Origin: Paracoccaceae bacterium | Lineage (GTDB): Bacteria; Pseudomonadota; Alphaproteobacteria; Rhodobacterales; Rhodobacteraceae | Direction of reading: 5' to 3' | Length of the DNA stretch: 32,125 nt | Assembly (NCBI GenBank): GCA_020441345.1 | Contig: JAGRMK010000004.1 | Location: 1 to 32,125 of the forward strand | Shown: positions 25,493-32,125 of the stretch, piece after piece | Numbering within the stretch: the stretch's first letter is position 1 | Layout of the letters: each line of letters starts with the position of its first letter | The notes under the pieces: model-generated | Database searches by the model: none | Seen by the model: only the letters and a program-made list of their open reading frames with translations | What the model was told of the DNA's origin: nothing | Program-made: the position numbers and the translations under genes

Positions 25493-26467
25493 ATGGCCAA
25501 GACTGTCATCATTTCCAAACACGGCGGACCCGAAGTCCTGACGATTGCCGAACGCCCGGTGGGCGCCCCTGGCCCCGGCCAGATCCGTATCCGGCACGCA
25601 GCCTGCGGGCTTAATTTCATCGATTGCTACCAGCGTTCGGGACTTTACCCAATGCAACTGCCCGCCGCGCTGGGCATGGAGGCCGCCGGCGTGATCGAGG
25701 CGGTCGGCGAGGGTGTCACGCATCTCAAGCCCGGCGACCGCGCCGCCTATGCCGCGCAGCCCCCCGGCGCCTATTGCGAGCAACGCGTGATGCCCGCCGC
25801 CCAGGTCTGCCCGTTGCCCGATGGCATCAGCTTCGAAACCGGCGCCGCGATGATGCTCAAGGGCATGACCGTGGAATATCTGTTCCATCGCACCGTGCCG
25901 TTGAAGGCCGGGGATACCGTGCTGTTTCACGCCGCCGCAGGCGGTGTCGGTCTGATCGCCTGCCAATGGGCCCGGTCAGAGGGGATCACGCTGATCGCGA
26001 CCGCAGGATCCGATGCGAAATGCCAGCTTGCCCTGGACCACGGCGCCAGTCACGCGATCAACTACAACACCGAGGATTTCGCGGTGCGAGTGCGTGAGAT
26101 AACCGGCGGGCGCGGCGTCGATGCGGTGATGGATTCCGTGGGTGCCTCGACCTTCGAAGGCTCGATCGACAGTCTACGGCCGCTGGGAATGATGATCTCG
26201 TTCGGCAATGCCTCGGGTCCGGTGCCGCCGGTGAACCTGGGCACGCTGGCCGCCAAGGGCTCGTTGCAGATCACCCGCCCGACGCTGTTCACGCATATCG
26301 CGCCGCATGAAACCTGCCAGGCGATGGCCCGGCACCTGTTCGACAAGGTGCTGAGCGGGGACGTGACGATCCGAATCGACCAGCGGTTCCCGTTGGACGA
26401 GGTGCGCGCGGCGCATGAGGCGCTGGAGGCGCGCAAGACCACCGGCTCGACGATCCTGACGCTGTAA
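25493..26467 (+). CDS. qor: NADPH:quinone oxidoreductase (zeta-crystallin/MDR family, 324 aa)
   Basis: HGGPEVL, GLNFID.YQRSGLYP, LGMEAAG, HAAAGGVG, FGNASG, RKTTGS; AAGGGAG RBS. Confidence 0.95.
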   Translation: MAKTVIISKHGGPEVLTIAERPVGAPGPGQIRIRHAACGLNFIDCYQRSGLYPMQLPAALGMEAAGVIEAVGEGVTHLKPGDRAAYAAQPPGAYCEQRVMPAAQVCPLPDGISFETGAAMMLKGMTVEYLFHRTVPLKAGDTVLFHAAAGGVGLIACQWARSEGITLIATAGSDAKCQLALDHGASHAINYNTEDFAVRVREITGGRGVDAVMDSVGASTFEGSIDSLRPLGMMISFGNASGPVPPVNLGTLAAKGSLQITRPTLFTHIAPHETCQAMARHLFDKVLSGDVTIRIDQRFPLDEVRAAHEALEARKTTGSTILTL

Positions 26468-26469
26468 AA

Positions 26470-26540
26470 GGGGGCGTTGCCCCCCGCCCTGCGGGCTCCC
26501 CCCAGGATATTTTCAGACAGATGAGGGGGATCAGCCCCCT
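26470..26540. repeat. REP-like palindromic element between convergent qor and cobB
   Basis: Hairpins GGGGGC-GTT-GCCCCC, GCCC-TGC-GGGC and AGGGGG-ATCAG-CCCCCT around an AT-rich GATATTTT core. Only one copy in this window. Confidence 0.55.
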
Positions 26541-27226
26541 TGTGCCAGGAGGGAGTCGACCCAGGCCGGAACGACCTCGGTTGCGGGCCCGATGTGCTGT
26601 GCATGGAACATGGCGGCGAGATCGGAACGTTCGAGGTTCAGCTCGACGCAATGCGCACCGTTCCGGCGGGCGCTCTTGACGAACCCGGCGGCAGGCCAGA
26701 CCTGACCCGAGGTGCCGATCGCGGCGAAATGCGTGGCGCGGTCGAGAGCGGCGGCGATGTCGTCCATCCGATAAGGGATTTCGCCGAACCAGACGACATC
26801 GGGTCGGGTGGCGGCGCGCCGGCACGCCGGGCAGCGGTCGGTCGGGGACATCGTAGCAGGCGCGGGCCAACGATGCCCGCATTCCGCGCAAAGGGCGCGC
26901 ATCAGGGCGCCGTGCATCTGGATCACCGCCCTTGACCCGGCGCGGGCGTGCAGGTCATCGACGTTTTGCGTCACCAGCGTCACCTGCCCCGGCAGCGCCG
27001 CTTCGAGCCGGGCCAGCGCGCGATGCGCGGCATTGGGCGTGGCGGCGGCGCAGTTGGCGCGCCGGGCATTGTAAAAGGCGTGCACCAGGTCCGGGTTGCG
27101 GGCGAACCCCTCTGGCGTGGCGACCTCTTCAAGGTCGTATTGCGACCAGAGCCCGCCCGCGTCGCGGAATGTTCCCAGGCCGCTTTCGGCGGAAATCCCC
27201 GCACCGGTCAGAATCACGATCTGCAT
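26531..27226 (-). CDS. cobB: NAD-dependent protein deacylase (sirtuin, 231 aa)
   Basis: GAGISAESGLGTFR, TQNVDDLH, HG, CxxC...CxxC zinc ribbon, RPDVVWFGE, GTSG.V.PAA. Confidence 0.95.
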   Translation of the reverse strand: MQIVILTGAGISAESGLGTFRDAGGLWSQYDLEEVATPEGFARNPDLVHAFYNARRANCAAATPNAAHRALARLEAALPGQVTLVTQNVDDLHARAGSRAVIQMHGALMRALCAECGHRWPAPATMSPTDRCPACRRAATRPDVVWFGEIPYRMDDIAAALDRATHFAAIGTSGQVWPAAGFVKSARRNGAHCVELNLERSDLAAMFHAQHIGPATEVVPAWVDSLLAQGG

Positions 27227-27227
27227 C

Positions 27228-28133
27228 TCAGCCCCTTTGCAGCTTTACCGGCTCGGTCCGTGCCAGCCGCAGGAAATGCGCCATGAAGGGTTTCGTTGCG
27301 TCGTCCGACCGGGTCGCGGCGTAGAGGCGTTTGGTCATGCCATGTTCGGTCAGTGGCAGGGTCACGTAATCGGACGAGGACCGGACCTCGCGCAGCACCC
27401 AGTCGGGCAGCACCGAGACGCCGCGCCCGCTTGCCACCAGCAGCAGGATTACCGCTGTCAATTCGACCTGCCGCACCGACCGGGGTTCGACGCGCGCCGG
27501 GCCCAGAAGCCCGGAAAAGATATCCAGCCGCCCGCGATCCATCGGGTAGGTGATCAGCACCTCGTCGCGGAAATCCTCGGCATCGACAAAGGGTTTTTTC
27601 GCCAGCGGATGCGAGGAGGCGGCGATGAACCGGGGTTCGTAATCGAAAAGCGGCGTGAACACGACGCCCTCCATCGCCTCGGGGTCCGAGGAGATCACAA
27701 GGTCAACATCTTCGCGGGCCAACGCGGGCAAGGCCCCGAAAGCCAGACCCGGGCGGATATCGACATCCACATCGGGCCAGGCGTGGCGGAACTTTTCCAG
27801 CACAGGGAACAACCATTCAAAGCAGGCATGGCATTCGATCGCGATATGCAGGCGCCCGGATTTGCCCGCGATCAGCGCGCGGAACTCGTCTTCCAGGGCG
27901 TCGATGCGCGGCAGCACCTCGTCCGCGAGCCGAAGCAGTTTCATCCCCGCCGCCGAGAGACGCAGGGGCTTGGTGCGGCGCACGAACAATTCGACGCCGC
28001 ACTGTTCCTCGAGCCCCTTGAGCTGATGACTGAGCGCCGATTGCGTGATGTTCAGAAGATCGGCGGCCCGCCCGACACCGCCCGCCTGATGGATCGCGCG
28101 AATTGTGCGCAGATGCCGGAATTCGAGGTGCAT
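27228..28133 (-). CDS. metR: LysR family regulator MetR (301 aa)
   Basis: MHLEFRHLRT, TQSALSHQ HTH, MetR-typical IAIECHACFEWL; divergent from metF. Confidence 0.93.
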   Translation of the reverse strand: MHLEFRHLRTIRAIHQAGGVGRAADLLNITQSALSHQLKGLEEQCGVELFVRRTKPLRLSAAGMKLLRLADEVLPRIDALEDEFRALIAGKSGRLHIAIECHACFEWLFPVLEKFRHAWPDVDVDIRPGLAFGALPALAREDVDLVISSDPEAMEGVVFTPLFDYEPRFIAASSHPLAKKPFVDAEDFRDEVLITYPMDRGRLDIFSGLLGPARVEPRSVRQVELTAVILLLVASGRGVSVLPDWVLREVRSSSDYVTLPLTEHGMTKRLYAATRSDDATKPFMAHFLRLARTEPVKLQRG

Positions 28134-28167
28134 TATGCGACAAACCTCATAGTTATGATGAAAACAA

Positions 28168-28180
28168 TGAATTTGTCTCA
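28168..28180. promoter_or_regulatory. Probable MetR binding site
   Basis: TGAATTTGTCTCA is a one-mismatch fit to TGAA-N5-TTCA, in the AT-rich 92-bp metR/metF divergent spacer. Confidence 0.6.
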
Positions 28181-28225
28181 CATTACTGCACGTGCGACAA
28201 GAGCCTCAGTTTACAGGAGCCCAGC

Positions 28226-29095
28226 ATGTCCGCACCGCGTATTTCCTTCGAATTCTTCCCCCCCAAGACGCTGGAAGCCAGCTTTCGTCTGTGGGACACG
28301 GTGCGCATGCTGGCGCCGCTGAACCCGGATTTCGTCTCGGTCACGTATGGCGCCGGCGGCACCACCCGGCAGTTGACGCATGAAGCCGTGACCACGATCG
28401 GGCGCGAGTTCGGCCTGACCGTCGCGGCGCATCTGACCTGCGTGGATGCCACCAAGGCCGAAACGCTGGACATCGCGCGCAGCTATGCCGCCGCCGGGGT
28501 GCGCGAGATCGTGGCACTCCGCGGCGATCCGCCCAAGGGCCAGGGCCAGTTCCGCGCCCATCCCGAGGGGTTCGCCGATTCCGCCGCGCTGATCGAGGCG
28601 CTGAAGGCCACCGGCGACTTCACCATTCGCGTCGGCGCCTATCCCGAGCGGCATCCCGACGCGACCGATGCCGGTGCCGATATCGCCTGGCTCAAGCGCA
28701 AGTTTCAGGCCGGCGCGGACAGCGCGATCACCCAGTTCTTCTTTGAGCCCGAGACCTTCCTGCGGTTCCGGGATGCCGCCGACAAGGCCGGGATCGACGC
28801 CAGCAAGATCACGCCCGGCATCATCCCGATTGAAAACTGGTCCGGCATCCGGCGGTTTGCGCTGGCCACCGGCGCCAGCGTTCCGGCCTGGCTGGATGAC
28901 GCTTTCGCCAAGGCGGCGCGCGACGGGCGCGAGGATCTTCTGGCCACGGCGTTGTGCACCGAGATGTGCGACACGCTGCTGGGAGAAGGGGTTCCGGCGC
29001 TGCATTTCTACACGCTCAACCGCCCGACCCTGACGCGCGATGTGTGTTTTGCACTGGGGGTTACGCCAAGCGTGGAATTGCAGAACGTCGCCTGA
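28226..29095 (+). CDS. metF: 5,10-methylenetetrahydrofolate reductase (289 aa)
   Basis: SFEFFPPK, FVSVTYGAGG, AHLTC, ALRGDPP, AYPE.HP, ITQFFF, HFYTLN; CAGGAG RBS. Confidence 0.97.
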   Translation: MSAPRISFEFFPPKTLEASFRLWDTVRMLAPLNPDFVSVTYGAGGTTRQLTHEAVTTIGREFGLTVAAHLTCVDATKAETLDIARSYAAAGVREIVALRGDPPKGQGQFRAHPEGFADSAALIEALKATGDFTIRVGAYPERHPDATDAGADIAWLKRKFQAGADSAITQFFFEPETFLRFRDAADKAGIDASKITPGIIPIENWSGIRRFALATGASVPAWLDDAFAKAARDGREDLLATALCTEMCDTLLGEGVPALHFYTLNRPTLTRDVCFALGVTPSVELQNVA

Positions 29096-29114
29096 TCGAC
29101 GCGGGAAAAACGAC

Positions 29115-29143
29115 AAGGGCGCGACCGTGAGGACCGCGCCCTT
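29115..29143. terminator. Probable bidirectional intrinsic terminator
   Basis: Perfect 9-bp stem AAGGGCGCG/CGCGCCCTT between convergent metF and the large ORF; short T run on + side and A5 run just upstream. Confidence 0.7.
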
Positions 29144-29168
29144 TGGCCGTGCTGCGGTCGCGCCGGGC

Positions 29169-32125
29169 TTAGCCGCCGATTTCCAGAACCTCGTTGCGCC
29201 CGTTCTTGGTATAGCGCAGTTCGTTTTCGCCGATCGCGGTCACTTGCCCGCCGTCCACCCGGTCGCCGACCTGCACCCGCACGACGCGGCCACTGGACAA
29301 CCGCACCAAGGCGCGCCGATCCTCTGGGGTGCCGAAAACCCCGATCAGGTTCACGTCGCGCAAGTTGATCGCGTCGGTTTCCGTGGCCTGCCGGGCGACC
29401 GAGGCCGAACTGGGGATCGCCGGTTGCGCGGCGGCGCTGGCGGTCTCGCCCTCATCATCCTCGAGGTCGGTCGCGCCGGCTTGTCCGGCGTCCGCGCTCG
29501 CAGCCGTGCGCGCGCGGGCTGCGGCAAGTGCGGCCTGCGCCCGTTCCGAGACATCGCTAGGCCGGGCGCTGGGGATCAGGGAGGCGACGACCGCCTCTGG
29601 GGTGGCATCCGCATCGTCAACGACGACTGCGGCGGTGGCGGCGGTGGTGGCGTCATCGGGTGCCGTGGAATCGGCAGCCCCGGCCGGGGGAACCAGATCG
29701 GTTGGCCGCGTCTGCGGGCGGAACCCGGCAAGCGAAACCCCTCCTGGCGGAGGGGTTTCAAGCGCAGCGGTGTCTGGCCCGGCCGGATCCGCAGCGGCAT
29801 CTTGCTGCGTCTGGGGCTCGGCGGGTTCGGGTTCTGGTTCCGGAGCGGCGGGCGCCAGTTGCTCGCCGATCGCCCTCACCCGCGCGCTGCGGGGTTGCGG
29901 GCGGGCCGCAGCCAGCGCCGGATCCGCGCGCGGCGTGTCATCGAACACAACATCGGCGGGGTCCGCTGCGGCGGTGGCCGCCGCGGGGTCAACCGGCGCT
30001 GGTGCCGCCACCGGTTCCGCCGGTGCGGGCGGTTCGGACGCAGCCTGTTCAGGCGCGATGCCAGCAGGGCGCACCGCAGGCACGACATCCGGGCGACCGG
30101 CAAATACCGTTACCCCCGAGGGCGTCAGAGCCCCCTCTGGCGTCGCCTCGACCAGTCCGTCGTCGTTGAAGGTGAACTCGGTTCCGAACGGCGGCGGCGG
30201 CGGTGGCGGCGTAAACGCGACCTCGTCGACAGCCGGAACTTCGATGCCAGCCGGCAAGGACAGCCGCGGGTTGGTCGTGGCAACCCCCGCCGCAACTTGG
30301 GGCGTATCCGACGCCCCTTCGGGCGTGGCCGCCGCGGCGCTGGCTTGCGCGGTTCCCGATTGCGGCGTCGCCTGCGCGGCAGCGGTGGCGGTGGCGGCAC
30401 CGGTGGCGGTATCCGCAACGGCATCGGCAGCGGTGGCGGTGGCGGCCGCTGCGGCGGTGGCGGCCGCATCGGCCTGATCCAGCGCAACGTCAGGCAGCGC
30501 CTGGGTCAGGGCCTCTTGCACCAGCGATTCGAGCAGCCGGTCAGGATCGGCGACCGCGCCCGCATCGGCGGCCGCTTGCGGCGCGGGTGCGGGCGCGGTG
30601 GTGGTGCCCGCCGCATCGGCCAGCGCGCCATCGCCGACCGCCCCGGAATCACCCGCCAAATCACCCGCCGAGTCACCCGCGGCATCAGCCGGATCGGCAC
30701 CGGAATCGAGCGCCAGATCGGGCGCCAGATCGGGCGCGTCGGTTTGTGCCCCGGCGTCGGCGGCATCCGGCGCACCGGTGTCGGTGACGCCAGAGTTGTC
30801 CGGTAGCGCGTTCAACGCCGTTGGGGCGCTGATGTCGGTCGCGGGATCGAGCTGGTCCGGCGCGGCGATCTGCGGCATCGCCTGGGTCGCGACCGGATCG
30901 CCCTGGGCCATTTGGGTCGTCTGGTCCTCACCGCTGAAATACAACACCCAAACGGCAACCGCGACCAGCAAGAGCAACACGCCGCCCGCAGCCATCAGGC
31001 CACGCCGGGCAAGGCTGGGCGCAGCCGGGATATTGCCGCGCGCGCCAAAAATCGTCAGCGCCTCGGCCTCGATGGCCTTGTCGCGTTCGGACGCGGGCGG
31101 GCGCGAAGCGGGAACGATGGCACCGGACGGGGCAGTTTGTCCCTGCCGCCCCGCAGCGGGCTGCATCCGTCGTCCTGTGCCGGGCTCGGCAGGCGACATT
31201 CCGGGCACACGCGCCAGAACCGCGCGTTGCGTGCGCTTGAGGCGACGCTTGAGCCGCGTGGCCAGATCGGGTTCTGCCTTCGCTTGTTTGGCGCCCATCA
31301 CGGCCAGCCGCCCACCCGGGGTTGCAGCCCCTGGAGCCAAGCCGTCACCCGATGCCGCGACTTCTGGAACCGGACGGCGCCGCGACGCAAAGGCCACGGG
31401 CGCTTCGGCGGGAGTTTTCACCGGCGGCTCGGCGGCTTTTGCATCGAGGCTGGTCAATCCGGCGGCCGGTCGCGCGGCCCCCGCAGGGATTGCCGTGCCC
31501 GGTGACGGGCGCACGTCAGAGCGCGGTGCCGGGCGCGCTGCCGCACCAAGCGAAGGACGAGCGGTTGCGGCGCCCGAGCCGGCTCCGGTTGTCGTGCCCG
31601 AAGCGGCCCCACGCGGCGCCGGAAGCGCGGCGCCCGTTGCAGGGCCAGCGGGCTTTGGCGCCGGGCCAGTTGCCGGATCCGATGTCGGCGCTTGCCGATC
31701 AACCGGCGCAACGACCGGCTTGACAACGGGTTTCGCGCCGAAAGCCCCGGAGTCCTGTGCCTGTTCGCGACGCAATCGTGTGCCCATGCGGCGCACCAAA
31801 TTGCCGACCTTGGCCAGAGGCTCGATCGGGGCGGCGGGCGATTTGGGTGCAGACGTCTGTGCGGGTGTCTGAGCCGGCGCCTGGGCGGGACGCGCCCGGT
31901 CTGCCGGGCGTGGCTGAGCCTCGACCCTGGGGCGGTCGGGCTGCGCCGCAGCGACAGTGGCGCCTCGGGCGTCGGGTCGCGCCGATGGCGTATCGGGTTT
32001 CGCGGCGACAAGGGGATCTGGCCGCTTGGCACCTTGCGCTTCGGCCTCTCTCGCGGTCTGTTCGGGTTCGGGTTCGGGGAACGGCGCGGCCTTGGCGGCG
32101 GTCTTTTCAGAACCACTGTCGGCGC
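29169..32125 (-). CDS. Large Ala/Pro-rich single-pass membrane protein with C-terminal PilP/GspC-like beta domain (5' end outside window)
   Basis: Frame is open from the window end to the stop at 29169 (checked codon by codon above 31799). One TM segment GGVLLLLVAVAVWVLYF; acidic low-complexity linker; C-terminal LIGVFG....RALVR....V.VGD.VDGG.V.AI domain. Confidence 0.75.
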   Translation of the reverse strand, partial: ADSGSEKTAAKAAPFPEPEPEQTAREAEAQGAKRPDPLVAAKPDTPSARPDARGATVAAAQPDRPRVEAQPRPADRARPAQAPAQTPAQTSAPKSPAAPIEPLAKVGNLVRRMGTRLRREQAQDSGAFGAKPVVKPVVAPVDRQAPTSDPATGPAPKPAGPATGAALPAPRGAASGTTTGAGSGAATARPSLGAAARPAPRSDVRPSPGTAIPAGAARPAAGLTSLDAKAAEPPVKTPAEAPVAFASRRRPVPEVAASGDGLAPGAATPGGRLAVMGAKQAKAEPDLATRLKRRLKRTQRAVLARVPGMSPAEPGTGRRMQPAAGRQGQTAPSGAIVPASRPPASERDKAIEAEALTIFGARGNIPAAPSLARRGLMAAGGVLLLLVAVAVWVLYFSGEDQTTQMAQGDPVATQAMPQIAAPDQLDPATDISAPTALNALPDNSGVTDTGAPDAADAGAQTDAPDLAPDLALDSGADPADAAGDSAGDLAGDSGAVGDGALADAAGTTTAPAPAPQAAADAGAVADPDRLLESLVQEALTQALPDVALDQADAAATAAAAATATAADAVADTATGAATATAAAQATPQSGTAQASAAAATPEGASDTPQVAAGVATTNPRLSLPAGIEVPAVDEVAFTPPPPPPPFGTEFTFNDDGLVEATPEGALTPSGVTVFAGRPDVVPAVRPAGIAPEQAASEPPAPAEPVAAPAPVDPAAATAAADPADVVFDDTPRADPALAAARPQPRSARVRAIGEQLAPAAPEPEPEPAEPQTQQDAAADPAGPDTAALETPPPGGVSLAGFRPQTRPTDLVPPAGAADSTAPDDATTAATAAVVVDDADATPEAVVASLIPSARPSDVSERAQAALAAARARTAASADAGQAGATDLEDDEGETASAAAQPAIPSSASVARQATETDAINLRDVNLIGVFGTPEDRRALVRLSSGRVVRVQVGDRVDGGQVTAIGENELRYTKNGRNEVLEIGG

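Noticed and set aside
24068-25966. 632-aa acyltransferase ORF
   Set aside because: The extension is antisense to qor and crosses the intergenic repeat; family motifs begin near 25180-25201.
28134-28225. Possible SAM/SAH riboswitch upstream of metF
   Set aside because: The spacer is only 92 bp, AT-rich and explained by divergent promoters and a MetR box; no riboswitch structure recognised.
29040-31872. Gly/Arg-rich and Ala/Ser-rich plus-strand ORFs (29040-30806, 29329-30477, 30598-31872)
   Set aside because: Antisense reflections of the low-complexity minus-strand gene.
1-32125. CRISPR arrays, tRNA/rRNA genes, transposases, integrases
   Set aside because: None recognised; the only repeats are short tandem or palindromic elements without spacers.

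Overview
GC-rich alphaproteobacterial window; the gene set and dispersed palindrome suggest Rhodobacteraceae (inference). Housekeeping genes flank it: mtaB(partial)-dapF and panE on the left; qor, cobB, metR/metF and a long Ala/Pro-rich membrane protein on the right. Between them is a ~23 kb, 23-gene cell-envelope cluster (2083-25201). It encodes myo-inositol-phosphate synthase (Ino1), a PI(P)-synthase-type CDP-alcohol phosphotransferase, an Aur1-like inositol-phosphorylceramide synthase, an alpha-oxoamine synthase (candidate serine palmitoyltransferase), a GNAT protein of the bacterial ceramide synthase/YghO type and an SDR reductase. It also holds a private ACP + ketosynthase + two MaoC hot-dog proteins, four glycosyltransferases (including a Sur1/Och1-like GT32), a polysaccharide deacetylase, an acyltransferase-3 and a PagL-like beta-barrel. 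Three candidate export modules are present: Wzm with two Wzt ATPases, a flippase-like membrane protein, and a non-canonical lptB-lptF-lptG set. The best reading is a pathway for making and exporting a glycosylated inositol-phosphorylceramide (fungal MIPC/plant GIPC-like sphingolipid). Family calls come from motifs read by eye and recalled family knowledge; no database search was run. No RNA genes, CRISPR arrays or mobile-element genes were recognised.
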